Source of the DNA: Lama glama | Lineage: Eukaryota | Direction: 5' to 3' | DNA length: 63,665 bases | Assembly (NCBI GenBank): GCA_028534125.1 | Contig: CM052816.1 | Location: 89,902,336 to 89,966,000 of the forward strand | Shown: piece by piece, positions 40,715 to 54,663 of the stretch | Layout: each line of letters opens with the position of its first letter | Numbering within the stretch: position 1 is the first letter of the stretch | The notes under the pieces: model-generated | The model's input: the letters and a program-made list of their open reading frames with translations, nothing else | What the model was told of the DNA's origin: nothing | Database searches by the model: none | Made by a program: the position numbers and the translations under genes

Positions 40715-40800
40715 ACACAGTTTTTAAATGACTATGTGCCACATATTACGTGGAACTTACTTGTTGTTTATCGGAAATTCAAATTTAACTGGGCACTTTT
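40715..40800. mobile_element. MER53-like hAT MITE fragment
   Basis: ttgttgtttatcggaaattcaaatttaactgggc. Confidence 0.6.
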
Positions 40801-41384
40801 TAATATTCATTACAACCCCTACTTTAACATGATTGGCATTAAGCTAGTTCTCTCTCTAATTGTGTATTTTTTTAGAAATATTATCTAAGTGCTCAATATT
40901 TATTGTTATTGTTAAACAACTGAGTCTTTATTAGTAATCACAAATTCCTGAAAGGGTAAAACTGTGGGTTTTTTGGGTATATTTTGTATATTTGCATATT
41001 TGTCAGAGTACCAAAAGCACAGTGTCTTAGTAATGACAGTTACATTAAAATGAGATAAAAATATAATCAACTTTAAATCATCCATACATTGATTATGATT
41101 TTTAATACATAGTATCTTATGGAAGTACAGGGAACAATTGCTTTGGGGTAGCTACCTGGTTTAAGCATCATGGTGGTGTTAGGATAACTGTTGCAAGGCA
41201 CTTTACAGCCACATTAAGGAGACAAAATGAGGATGCTGGGAGTGATCAAGGAAAACAGGAAGTGGATTACTAAGCCTGAGTATGTACAGACCAGCACTCA
41301 TACTATTTGTTTTTGTTATGTTTCCACTACTTACTACACAATGACTTGGGACACATCAGTTTCTCTACATGATCCTTAGATTAA

Positions 41385-41550
41385 TAATTCTAACATAAAT
41401 TACATGTTGAAGGGGTAGTTTTTGGATATAGTATGTTTAATATACTATGTTACTAAAATTAACTTGATTGATTTTATTTTATATATTTTTTTACAGTGGA
41501 TATTAGAAAATTTAAAATGACATATGTGGTTGAAATCTGTTTTTATTTGT
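41385..41550. mobile_element. MER33-like hAT-Charlie fragment
   Basis: attacatgttgaa...ttttggatata...ttagaaaatttaaaatgacatatgtgg. Confidence 0.7.
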
Positions 41551-41602
41551 TCTTAACACTTAGAAAGAATCTTTTGTTCCCTTTTTTGCTTTTTTATTGT
41601 TT

Positions 41603-42142
41603 TGTTACCTCAAAAAGAAGAGAGAAAGGACCCCAATCTTTGTCTTACCCAAAAGGTAAGATTATAGATGGGAGATGGAGAGTGTTGTGTAGTGAAGGAT
41701 TTTAAAGGATTTGTTTAGGAAAAGAAAAGTACATCTCTAAAAATGGGAGGTGGGCTCATCCAAGGGAGGTTAGGAATGGTCTTTGTCTGCCCTTTCTCTG
41801 CTACCCTGTCTTAAAGGTGGTCTTTCGATTGGCTGACTGCTCTGGTGCCTAGAATGCTTAGTCATGTTTGGCACCTTTGCATGGTGTACACAGAAAAACC
41901 TATGGTTGGGGGAGTCTAAACTACAGTGTTAATCATATTACAGTGAGCATCGGGTCATGTCCAGTTAAGTGCTTCTCACTAGCGAGCAGTTGCAGCTATC
42001 AGGTTTTAACTGATATCTCTTGCTGGCATTCACTTAGAAGTAAAGCCCCTTTATGCTGGCAGTGGGCATAACGCCATCTTCCCGACCATCCTTCCTCTCC
42101 TCCACCCATCTGCTCCATGCCCCCACTTATCTAACTGCCTAA
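41603..42142 (-). mobile_element. Solo ERV1 LTR (related to 11671-12332)
   Basis: Starts tgttacc. gattgg CCAAT box. Ends atctaactgcctaa. Confidence 0.65.
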
Positions 42143-42939
42143 TTGTTTTATAAAACAGTCTTTATACCTTTTTTATTAACCTTTATAAAGAAATAAGGCA
42201 AGAATAAATATAAGAACTAATTGTATAATAATAAATTCATTATGAGAACATAGTCTTCATATTTATGCATATATTACTAATAATAATTTGAAATTTATTT
42301 CAATACAGTAATTAACTAGAAATGTATCAAACTAATAAGGAGTGAAAAAAACTTGTGTCCGCTATTTTAACTCTCCTTAATTTGCATTTTAGTACATTTG
42401 TTCCTCTGAGAAAATCATTTACATAATGGAGCTTAAATTATCATGCTAAACTAAAATGAACATTTATTCTTGCTTTATTTATGATGTAGTTGACACATAA
42501 ACACTGAAATAAATATCTTACTGCTAATATTTATTTTAGTTAATAAAATTTGCTGAATAATCTTTTTAATATTCCTATAAAAACTGAGAGCATTATGTTC
42601 CTGCATGATTAGTATGTATTAACTATTTCAGTTTCTTGTAAAAACCCCTACGTGAACGTGATGATAAAGTAAGGAGCTCCTCTCCAGCCATTGTAGACAG
42701 ACTTTGTAACCACATCACTGGGTGCAAATGCATTTACACATAGAGGATGAATATTAAATCCATCTTGCCTCACTCTGCAGTTTATTTCAGGCACTGGAAG
42801 AACTCCAAGATCATTTATCATTGCCCCAACCACCCTGCTGCTTTGTGCATCTCATCTGGTCCAAAGCCCAGACCGAACAGCCCCACTGCAGCAGGAGTCG
42901 TTAACGTTTTTGTGAGCTTAGAATTTATTTATGTTTTTC

Positions 42940-43128
42940 TTTTGTGTGATTAATCATTTCATCCTCCCAACATCTCTATCAGGTAAGTACTCTTATTACC
43001 ATATTACAAGTAAGAACCCAAGGCACCACAACTTTTAACTGTTTTAAGGTTGGAATTCATAGAAGTAGAATTTGAACATTGGCACTTTGCTCAGTGCCCA
43101 GTGCCCGGGATCTTCACCATTATGCTAC
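42940..43128 (-). mobile_element. MIR
   Basis: catcctcccaaca..ctat.aggtaagtact.ttatta...aggcac...gaatttgaac. Confidence 0.6.
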
Positions 43129-44327
43129 GCCAATTCATGGTGATATTAACATTTTGTTAAACATTTGTTATACTTTACCTAACAGCTCAAATATTCATGG
43201 ATATCTCACAATACTTAGAATTAATAATTATTAATGAATGCTAATTAATCAAGATGTGTTTTAAATCAAAATAGATATTTGGGGTTATTGTTTATCACAC
43301 ATTTTACAAGCATTTCCTTTAGTGATGAATATACAGAAAATTATTTCTGTCTTTTGAACAGTGAGTGAGTGTAAGTCACACCAGGATTTGTTACTATCTC
43401 AATAAGACCACTGGACATCTCTACAATGTTAATAGAAACATAGGGTAACGTTCATCACACAGTGATTCCTCGGTAATGTTCTACCAGTGATTGTTATTTT
43501 TTAGGTTATAATGTGATATTATTTAAGTAATTTGTGATTGTAATTTAAATTTATAGGCCTGCAATTTATTCAATATTTTTTTCCTTCCTCTATCACCCTT
43601 TCCCCTGCCTTTACATGTTAGTGTAATTGGAAGTTGTTTTATAGCTCTGTCAGAATTGTTAAAATATTTAGACCCTTAAAATATTAATCAGGAATCATTA
43701 CATATTCATTTAATGACTTTCTGACTAAATGACATGAAGGGAAATGAAAAATGAAATATCTCCCATAAAGCCATTGAAAGAAAATAAAACTGTCCATAAA
43801 AAATCCATTACATGAAATGAATCCCCACGGTCCTCTGGACTTGAACTCATCAGATTTCTTCCTGATGAATGTTACTTTGTCTTTCTAAGTTAAAAATGTA
43901 AAATTTTCAATTACTGAGTTTTAATTTACTTTAAAATTTAAATTGCTCATTAATCAACTTCAAACACTAAATTTCTGATGCACTGGGAAATTTACATGCC
44001 TACTGAAATGTGTATGGATAAACCCTGCTATAAAGATTATTCATTTATATTGAGATTAATTTATATTGATTGACTTTAACTCCCAATTCAGATAAACTTT
44101 TCCATTAGAGCAATTTTACATCTCTATGATTTTTTTCTTTGTAACCACATCAACCATCATGATCATCACCATGCCCCAAAATGAATGAATAAGAGCTTTT
44201 CATTGCATATGGAAAATGGATAATCTAAATGTGTGTTCCTTCCTGTATATATTGGCTTCTGTTTTTGATGTTTTTATTTCCTGAACAGTTTCCACTGCAT
44301 GTCCCTTCAGAATGGCCCCTATAATCT

Positions 44328-45002
44328 CTTTTTTTTTTTTTAACTGAAGTGTAGTCAGTTACAATGTGTCAGTTTCTGGAGTACAGTAAAATGTTTCAGT
44401 CATACATATACATACATATATTCATTTTCATATTCTTTTTCATTATAGGTTATATAAGTGATTGAATATAGTTCCCTGTGTTATATAAAAGAAATTTGTT
44501 TTTTTGATCTGTTTTATATATAGTAGTTAATATTTGCAAATCTTGAACTCCCAATTTATCCCTTCCTACCTCCTTTCCCCCTGGTAACCATAAGTTTGTT
44601 TACCATATCTGTAAGTCTGTTTCTGTTTTGTAGATGAGTTCATTGGTGCCTTCTTTTTTCTTTTCCTTTTCTTTTGTCTTAGATTCCACATATGATTTAT
44701 ATCACATGATAGTTTCCTTTCTCTTTCTGGCTTACTTCACTTAGAAGGACAATCTTCAGATCCATCCATGTTGCACAAACAGCATTATTTTATTCTTTTT
44801 TATGGCTGAGTAGTATTCCATTGTATAAATATACCACAGCTCCTTTATCCAGTCCTCTGTCAATGGACATTTAAGTTATTTCCATGTCCTGGCTATTGTA
44901 AATAGTACAGCTATGAACCTTGGGGTTCATGTATCTTTTTGAATTTGCATCCCCTCTGGATATATGCCCAGGAGTGGGATTGCTGGATCACATGGTAAGT
45001 CT
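44328..45002 (-). mobile_element. Young camelid-type L1 3' end (ORF2 tail + 3'UTR + poly(A))
   Basis: Poly-T at the left end. Canonical tttttatggctgagtagtattccattgt and atgcccaggagtgggattgctggatca. Confidence 0.93.
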
Positions 45003-45109
45003 TCTCTGGACATCCCGTTCACATCCTAACTCTAATAGAAATCTGCTTCTCTTCTGAGGATACTGCTTGCTATGGGGGCTCCTCAAAGATAGTTGTTTGT
45101 TTCCTACTC

Positions 45110-45360
45110 TTCTAGCCTTATTGAGGTACACCTGACATACAATAAGCTGCATGTGTACAATGTGCACATAGTGAATTTTGGCCCATGTATAACACCTGTA
45201 GATCAATCAATGCAATCAAAGTATTGAACATTTGTATCTCTACCCATGTCTATGTCTATATGTCTGTCCTCCCCAAGTTGTCCCAAGTCCCTACAATTGT
45301 AATCCCTCCCTCCCACACTGGCATCCTCTTCCCTGTCCCTGGCAACCACCAATGAGCACG
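45110..45360 (-). mobile_element. Old L1 3' terminus (L1MC-like)
   Basis: ttattgaggta...acatacaataagctgca...ctggcaaccac. Confidence 0.65.
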
Positions 45361-48094
45361 ATGTGTAGATTTATGTTTATTTTTGTTGTATTTTGCTTTT
45401 CTCTGTAGACATAACACAAGACCTAGAACTGGGTATTAAGTTATTGCCACTTCCAGACATTCTCTGTCTCCTGAATCTCTAAATAGATGTCCATTTCATT
45501 TGTTTGGTGTTGTGTTTTCAACTCTCGTGTTTATTTAAATATCGTTATGTTCTCAAATGGAGACAGAGCTTTTGAGACCCAGAGGGACACAGCTTGTTCT
45601 CGGAGCAGCTCTATAAGCGTAGGGGCGTCACTGCCTCTCTTCTCAGACGCACAGCTGCACAACTCATGACGCTTTACTAGACTGAATTCCCTCACTTCTC
45701 CTCTTTCTGGCACGACGCAGCCCTCAGAGAATCGGAGTAGGTGGCAACAATGAAGGAGTCTAAATTCCAGCAGCACTGACGGTACACCTATTCCTTTCTC
45801 GGGCTCATCTCCTGTTATTTGTGGAGACGATGCTTTCCAAAATTCAAAACAGCTTTATCCGTTTTCGTCTACTGCCTGCCCTCTCATTTGAACTGTGTGT
45901 CATTTAAGCTTCGTCAGTGTATTTTTTTCACTTTTATAAGATTTTACTGGCGGGAGAATTTTCTCTGAAATTGTACGGTATAAACTGTTGCTCTTAGTTC
46001 TCAGGTGGTGAGTTTTTGCCGTGAAACAAAACACCCCTACCCTCCTTGGTATTTCCATAGTAACCAGGAGAGACTGCGACAGGTACCATTTGTCAAACGT
46101 CACTTGAAACCATAAATTTTGAAAACCATATTGCGTACCATTACTTTGGGTTGATGTCGGAAATTTGATTATTCTACAAATCTTCTAAGAGCCAAGAGGA
46201 ATGTGTGGAAGCATGGTTTTCACAAGCCACAAGCATTTGATTCAAATACCCATTTCGGTCAAACCTGTTTAGACTACATACATGCATAGTTTTCATTTGC
46301 CATGTTATCAGCACATAGTCACAGGAATTAAGTGTATCATGTAAATATGAATTGTATCACATATATATGAATAAATAAGCACAATTCTAATTTAAAATAC
46401 ACTGTATCAATCTTATAGTAATTAACTTTCACACACTCTCTTGAGGGCAGGAGATATTTTAATTCATTTGAGTGATACACTGAATAATTTACTTGTACAT
46501 TTAAACATAGTTTAATATTTACATTTATAAGAAAGGAAACAGTGAAAGTACTCTTGTGTAGTCTCAATATGACTTGTGTTTCCAAAAGAGTAATTAATTG
46601 TATTACATACCCTAGGAAAAAAGAACATACTAACGCAGGATTTCAGATGTCTCTCTGAGCATGAAGCTAATTGAAATTAATAGAGGAATAATTGTCCCTC
46701 TCTGTTGCTACATGTATTAATTAAAGAATGAATATAATGTCACAGCAAGGAGAGTGAGATTTGTTTAACAAGAAATCATTAATAATGCTGTTCCTGTTGA
46801 GCTCAGGAAAAGCTATACAGTTGAAAATGCCGGATATAAAGCCTTTTCAGTTCACTTCAAGCCACATAAAATGTGAAAAAAAAAAGCCACGTATCTCTTT
46901 ATATCTATTCTTTGGAAGTATAACTGTATATTTGTTCTGAAGAATAAATAACTACAAAAAACTAGAGCTAAAACAAAATTTCATAAAATAATTAGTTTTT
47001 ATTCACATCTCATTTCTGTTAAGATTGCTAGCCAAGGTCATTTATTGCTTGTTGATATTAAACATTGGTGTGTATGGTATTGCTCCTTTATGATCTGGGT
47101 TAATTATTGTATATTAAAATTCTTAGCCATTTTCTTTTATTAAAGCAACAATCACTTGCTAACTTATCATTTGTAAAGGAAGGAATTGTTTGTTGTCATT
47201 ACAAAACTTTAAAATATGTTTTAATTTATTTTTAAGAATTGATAGTGAATTTAAATTTCATTATGATTTTATTTATTTACTCAACATTTACTTCATTACT
47301 CAAGTAGGAGCAAAAGATTACATAAATCTTATATAGAGTTCTAAATAGACAGGGTATTTCTTAGAGACAGGACAATTTTCTTCCCATCCTTAAAAATGTG
47401 ATCGGCTTACCCTGCCTCTTACTTCATCCTAGAAGCACGCATTCTGAGTCTACAGCTTTTTACACACGGCTCCCCCTTCTGTTTCCCACAGGGGCGTGTC
47501 TTTTCATGTAGAATTTAGTATTCATTATACTCCATGAGTATCACCACCAGCCAACAAATATATTCTCTTTCCCTCTTTTTTTTTTAATTTTTATTTTGCA
47601 TTTTTCAGAATTTTCCATCTCCTAATGTTTAGTATCATGGCCAACAATAAATGCTTTCTGCATTAATACAAGTTTAGTTCCTTTTTTACATTTCTTAATT
47701 CTTCTAAATCTAACACTAATGAACTGGATAATTTGGGAGTTCACATCAATATATATATTGGAGCCAGAGGTCTTCAGTGGAATTGAAAAACTCAGTGAGG
47801 ACGTCTGGCCCTACTCCACACTTGCGAACACTGGGATAGATGTGTAGTTTCTCAACCAAATAACAAGAGTGTGGCCATAGCCTCTACACTTAGTTCAATG
47901 CTTCCTATTTTCCAAAGCTTTTCTATATGCACTTTGTTGTTAATTCCTCCCAGTCACCCTTTACAAATGTTATGATTGTGAACTAAGGATGATTTCAGCG
48001 TTGTAGCTGAGAGCATCTTGACCCAGAAGTTTTCTTTTGTGTCTAAGTCCTTACGGAAGCCTTCTTGTATTCACCTAAGTTGAACTTTTTTGTC

Positions 48095-48510
48095 AATTGC
48101 TGGATATGGCTTGCTAATATTTTGTTGTGGATTGTGCCCTTATATTCATCAAAATATTGGCCTGTAATTTTCTTTTTTTGTAATGTCTTTGCCTGGTTTT
48201 GGAATCAGGATAATGGCCTCTTAAAATGAATTTGGAAGTGTTCTGTTCTTTTCAATTTTTTGGACTAGTCTGAGAAGGATAGGTGTAAGTTCTTTTTTTA
48301 TATGTTTGGTAGAATTCCCGTGTGAAGCCTTCTAACCCTGGACTTGAGCTTGCTGGAAGTATTTTTTATTGAAAATTCAACTTCACTCCTAGTGATCAGT
48401 TTGTTCAGATTATCTATTTCTTCTTGATTTAGTCTTGGCAGGTTGTATGTTTCTAGAAATCTGTCTCCTACGTTGTCCAATTTGTTGGCATATAACTGTG
48501 TGCAGTGTTC
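48095..48510 (-). mobile_element. L1 ORF2 fragment
   Basis: Translation FLETYNLPRLNQEEIDNLN.LIT.SE is a hallmark of L1 ORF2 (Z domain/pre-RT region). Confidence 0.92.
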
Positions 48511-48997
48511 TTGTTACCAGGAAGAAAGGAATAAAAGTTATCTCGGTTCTTAGTCACCTGAGAAAAAATGAATTTTTATCGAGAGACAGAACTAAGCTAT
48601 TCTTATCCTTAGCACCTATCTTTTTTGTCCAAGTGGCCTACAGTGACCTTAAACTCACACAGGCTCCTCATACAAGTGCGTGCCCTGGAAAGCAGCCTGG
48701 AGAGTCACAAGCAACTCTAAGTTCTTGATGTAACTTCCCCAACGACGCTTGTGATCTACAGTCTCCACTGTCTCCCGGTGCCTTCCCCGGATGTATGTCT
48801 TAGATATGGCCCCCAAGGGGCTTACCAAAACCCCTCTCTTTTAGTTTGAATTGACCAGTTCAGTTTAGCTTGGGACCTCAAAAACACACTGCCCGCAGAC
48901 CCTAATAAGGACATGCGTCCTAGGTCCTGCCTCTGTCTGCACCCTGCCTGGACCTCCCCACGCAAAGAGAACGTGGAATGTTTCTCTTAGACACGTG
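48511..48997 (+). mobile_element. LTR, 3'-truncated (ERV1-like)
   Basis: Begins tgttacc directly after the L1. ttgaccagt, gaccctaataa TATA-like region. No clear CA end. Confidence 0.5.
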
Positions 48998-50379
48998 CCC
49001 TTAAACATAAATGATAAATCAACATGAAGGCTTCAAATATGCTTTCAGATATTCTTTCCAATGTCCTAAAACAGATGAAATATTCTGGTTTTCTTTGTGA
49101 CTCATCACACAATTTGTGGCATAGAATCCGATCAGAAAACTCTCCTGGAGTCCCCAGCCAACACGAGGATCAAGAAAACCTTCCTTGGGGGAGTGCTGTT
49201 AAAAGTCTAAATCTGTCTTGTCACAAACTCAGAGAAGCCAGCCCGTGCATTAAAATGGGTGTAGGACCCACTGATGCTTAAAGCAGAGTGATGGGAATTA
49301 AGTTCTAAAGCATCATGGAACCCTTCTCAGCCTCAGGTATTGTTGTAACACAGGTATTAGGACCCTATTTACCAGATAATTGGGTTTTTCAAGACAAATT
49401 TGATACATAAGTGTGCATATTATGTATCCTAAGTGGTCTAAGTTAGTAGCTAATTAAAACTATTTAAGACCAAAGGAGAAGTTAGCAAAATCTATCTGGC
49501 AGGCCAGGTAGGGCTGTGGGCTTGGGCTTCCTCTTGCAAAGAAGGATTGGATTGGACCCTACAAAGAGGTACAGAGATGATTTCAGACCAAATGAAAGTG
49601 TGTAAATGGCTCCATATAGGAAATAACACAACACGTGTTAGAATATTGAAAGTTTAGAAAATACTAAACAGAGCAAGAAAGGGAAAATTTGATTAGAAGT
49701 ACAAAAAAGCCATATCATATCATTCAAGGGTGAATTAGCTGTGCTGAGAAACTTTTTAATGTAATCAAAAGCACTACATTTCTAGAAAGCACTTGACTCT
49801 ATGATATATTTTTGAAAATCGATATTGGTATCAATTAACAATATATAGATTAAGACAATATATAATAAAAATAATTTTAAGTCCATCCATACAAATAAAT
49901 AATATTTATAACCATGCAATGCAAATGATCATAAAATTGTATATCGCTACCTAGGTGTAGTTCAGGTGGTAAAGAACAAATGTATAATATCTAACAATTT
50001 AAGTTTAGATTATATTAATGACCAGAAAGTGTTTGAAATTTATTCTGTGTTTCTCATTTTCCTCAAAAACATAATCATCACTTGTAATAAATGCACATTT
50101 TTTCATAGCACAGATTAAATTTTATAATCATAAATCTTTTTAAGTTTCCTATTTTTCAATTCATAATAGAATATTTTTAACAACTTTAAAAACATTATGT
50201 ATATTTTAAAAAATTAATCTGTAAGAAATTAGTAGACTGAAAGATTCTAGAAGATTATTATTCTTCTGTGTATAACTCAGTGCCTAAAATAATACAAAGG
50301 CTTTTGAACAATCTTATTTCCAACATCCACAGTGCATTAATAAATTTAAAACTATTTTCCCTCAGAGTAATTATTGTTC

Positions 50380-51200
50380 AAATTACTCTACGGCTTCAAT
50401 ATATTTCTTGATTGTCTTAGAACATATTAACTATTGTCATTCATCTTTATTCATCATTCTTATTTTCAAAGAACCAGATTTTAGTGTTTTTTTAATAAAT
50501 TCCAGTGTGTTTTTTTTTTTTTGGAGTTTGTTTTCTAATGAATACATTTCAACTTTCATCTTTATTAATCCCAGCATTATTTGTAAAATTATTTACTATC
50601 ATTGTATCTGATTTCATGTTTTAATTTCATAGACCATTTCTTTTTAATGTCTTATTTAACAATGAAACTATCTTTTTGTCCTCTGAACACAGATTTGAAC
50701 ATTTTAGGTTTGGGGAAAGCTTTGTTGTTGCTAACAGCTAAATTATCTGTTTTACAATGAAAGTTTGATGTACTTCTGGGTCCCAGAAGTTTTTAAAAGC
50801 TCGTAACAAATATGTAGCACAGTAGGTTTACTTTTGGTTTGTTTCATTGTTCATCTATCTGGTTTTCATTGATCACTACTGTTATTTGACTGTGATTTAC
50901 TTTGTAAGCACAGTTATGATGAATTACTTCTATTGTTCCAAGATCAAAAGTTAAACGTCTTATTCTGCCATTTTAAGTATATTCACACACATATACAGAC
51001 GCAAAGGTATGTATGCCCCCTGAGGACATGGACAATCAATCAGTTCTTTCTTCTCCATTTGGGTGCTAAATTCGAATTGTTGGATAACCTTGAAGTCAGC
51101 CTAGAGTTGAAAACTTACAAGGTCAGTTATTTCTGCTTATCAGGTGCCCTCTCTGCTTCCTAGTGTCTCTCACTCCACACCAAGGTCCAGACAAGGCAGT
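50380..51200 (-). mobile_element. Very old L1 fragments
   Basis: tattttcaaagaaccagattttag...tttatta antisense ORF2 motif. Confidence 0.45.
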
Positions 51201-53506
51201 GAAATATTTAAGAAGCCTGAAGGTGGGTTGAATAGTGAGATTTGACTCCTCTTCAGTTTGGACATGTTTCTGAGTTCAGACCATGGCATTAGCTCTTCTG
51301 AGATGTGCTGTTGGCCACACTGTATTGGACTAGGAGGTAATATATCAGTTTCCAATCTGGGGCAGGTCAATTGGATCGCATGTAGTTGTAACTTTAGCTT
51401 CTGTCGGCAGACTCTGTCTCCTACTTAACCTCTGTTAACGGTGCAACCCTATTGTGGCTACCACTCCCACCACCTCGTCTATTATAGTAACATCTACAAC
51501 CACCATTATTACTATTACGAACCCCACACGTACTCACATGCACAGAATATTTTTGGAATGCAATTGATTGGTATGTCTTGGTCTGTCTTTTTATTTTGAA
51601 CATGTTTTGTATTTTGAAATACTTAATATAGAACTATATTTTGCTATTTACCTCAAATGGAGAAACTGTATCGTTCCAATACAGCTAATGTGGTAATTTG
51701 ACTTATGGCTATTACTTGATGTTTATAAAATAATACGATAATTATGGTAGTAAAATTCTGCCATAAAACGTTTGAAATTATATGTATTGATACAAGCACT
51801 TGCCAATTTTCAAGTGTGTGTATATATGTGTGAATTTCTAGAAGTCATGGCTTTATTATGGTGGTAGTTATTATCTATACATGAGAGAGCGGTAATTAAT
51901 ATAACTCTTTAGTGTAAGTTTCAAAGCTTCATGTTATTAAAACCTACAGTTAAGAGGGACTTAGAGCTGTCTTTGTTTTCCATTTTTTCTCCAATCCTTA
52001 TTTAGTCATCCAGGAAATTTTCACAAATTTGGGGGCAGATCACATAAACCCACCCAATGTCTTGATTTTGAAATAGGTGTATCAGCATCCATATAAAAGC
52101 TGTTACTGTAATAACTCCTGTTTTTAGAGACAAAAGCTTATCCAAGGTCTCCTGCTCTAAACCATACAAATCGATATTCTCCCAGCTCACATGAGGTTTA
52201 ATATTCAGTCTACAGTGATTTATTTTTTCAGCCATGGTTGCTGAGGTCTTGATGAGCAAAAAAACGATCACTGCGTTTAATAAGATCCAGTCATGTTGTT
52301 TTTTTATTCACGCATTTAAGATAGACATTGACAGACCCAATCCTGAGTCTGATTTTTGGCATCTGACACTAAGAATTACAAGGATGAGGTCTGTGCTTGA
52401 GATGACACTGCTCACAGCACGGCTGTCGTCAGATACAGGGTTTTAGTTTTTAACGACTCCACAAATATGCACCAGATTGTGAACTGTGACTTTTTTTAAA
52501 GCTACCTATTTTGTTACATGTTGGGCTTGAAGTAATCCACTTAATTATTTGGCCAAAGACTTAGCTAAGATGCACACCAAACTGCGATGGCTCATGTCTC
52601 TGTTCTTTCTTCTATCCTACGGTGCTTCTCTAATTTTGTTTTGTTTCATTTCTCTCCGCTGAATTCATTCTAAAAGTTTCCAAATGACATTACAAGAAGC
52701 TCCAAAATATTTAATAAGACCTACGGGCCCCACATGTGTCTTTCTGGATCTAATTCCCTGGTCTCATTCCATAAATCTCTCCCCATCCACCCTCTCTGCT
52801 CAGACACAACGGATTGCTTTTTGTTTTTTGAATGTCTGCATTTTTGTCTATATTCAAATCTTCGCACAGGCAGTCTTCCTTTGCCTGAGAATTCCCCATC
52901 ACCTAGCAGGGCTGGTTCCAACCCAGGCCCTTCAACTCTTAGCTTCAGAGAAACCGTCTTCCAGGTCTCGGGTTAAATGTTCCGGAAGGTGCTCAGTCCA
53001 CAGTCTTAGCTGTATGTGCACTGATTTTACATGCTCCAGCAGTGACTCTTCTCCCTTTATTTCTGTAATGCTACAAAAAAGAATATTTTACATTTAATAT
53101 ATTTGCACTTAGAATGCTGTTTACAACCCATGTGCAGATTTACAGAGGTAGTTGGTTTTATTATGATGGTAGCAACTGTTTTCCTAAAACGCTTCTATTA
53201 AAGAGTCATATCTTCTATCTTAAGAGATATTAAAGTTAAAAAAAAAAGACCCTGCAGTGATATTTGACAAATAGCCCTATGCAATCCTCATATATTTTAT
53301 GAGGTTGTTATTAGCATTATAACCACTTAGTAAACGAAGAAACTGAAGCCGAAACGGAAGGCACCACACACATTACTTGCCGGTAGAAGGAATGAATAAA
53401 TCCATCAAGTCCTTTATGGGATTGAACCACCCCCTCTGTGACAATTAGCTTGTGCTTGCATATGTCAGATGACTTCTACCCCCTCTAATGGCAGTGTCCC
53501 TGGTCT

Positions 53507-53509
<3 letters not shown>

Positions 53510-53537
<28 letters not shown>
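53510..53537 (+). repeat. Poly(T)28
   Basis: Directly visible. Confidence 0.95.
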
Positions 53538-53611
53538 GCATCTCTGACCTTCCCACAAGACTGCTTTCCTCTTAGAAGCCTTTTGGCTCAGGCCCGCCTA
53601 TGGAAGCCTTC

Positions 53612-53630
53612 TGCTGCCCTCTGCTGGCCA
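53612..53630 (-). promoter_or_regulatory. CTCF motif
   Basis: The minus strand reads TGGCCAGCAGAGGGCAGCA, fitting the core CCASYAGRKGGCRS without mismatch. It lies in non-repeat, CpG-retaining sequence. Confidence 0.7.
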
Positions 53631-54611
53631 CAGCGAGTGGTCGGGCTTAGTCCGTCAGATTCCAGTTCTTTTTCACCACAAATCGGAAGATAACAAAACA
53701 AAACGAGGAGATGCCACCCAGCCAGTTTTACCAGGTAATTGGGTTTTTCGAGACAAGTTTGATATACGAATGTGTATATGATGGATTTCCTGCTAGTCCA
53801 ACCCTCAATGATGCGGGACACGAATTTATTTGTTCAGAAGGAAAATAAACAACATTGAATTGATATCTCACATGACAAATGCAATATCCTCTCTGATGAT
53901 TAAACACAGCATTTTTAGTGTAGTGATTGGCGGTTTAAAGAATGATGCTGTCTCTGGACCACAGCAGGGAGAAAAAAAAAATGCATTACCCTAAACTCTC
54001 CAGCTTTTAGCTTAAATGGTAGTTTTTGTTGTTCTGATGTGGTTTACAGTTGGGCCATCCTTGGACGAAAAAATAAAAATGAAAGGGGGAAAAAATACTA
54101 GGAAACTCACCAGCAAACCGGTCTTTCTTCAGTGTTGACTTCCTGTCCACAATGCTTGCTGTTGCCTACCATTCAGAACCCAGGAGTTCTAGCTGCCATC
54201 AGAGGAAAGAATAAGATGGGTGAGCTTGCTCCATCTTTGCGACCACAGATCACTCCAAGTATGTCTTTGAGGTTTTTAAAACCTTTTCAGACGTACCCCA
54301 CTTCTGATTTTTATGCTTGCATCTTGAAGTTCTTTCCATTTTGAAATATGTGGAATCCTGTGTGAGAACTGAATTGACTAAATACTTCTGGGACTATGTA
54401 TTTTACCAGGTTATATACAAGACCTGTAACTCCAAAATGAACTCTGTATGGAGGCTTTATCAAAAGAATTTAACTTTATAAAAATGACAAAGTAAAATTG
54501 CTGAAATTTCTGGAAATATTTAGAGCCATAAATTACTATCATAAGAAAGTGGAAGATAACTTAAAAGTGAATCTGTGTCCTCAGCTGTTAGTAAAAATCT
54601 GCCCTCTGACT

Positions 54612-54663
54612 ACACACACACACATTCACACACATGCACACACAGACACAGACACCCACACAC
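54612..54663 (+). repeat. Imperfect (CA)n
   Basis: Directly visible. Confidence 0.85.

Noticed and set aside
42659..42760. snoRNA C-box-like gtgatga
   Set aside because: No suitably placed D box (CTGA) or terminal stem.
52684..53097. 137-aa ORF
   Set aside because: Overlaps an L2-like relic; no recognisable domain.
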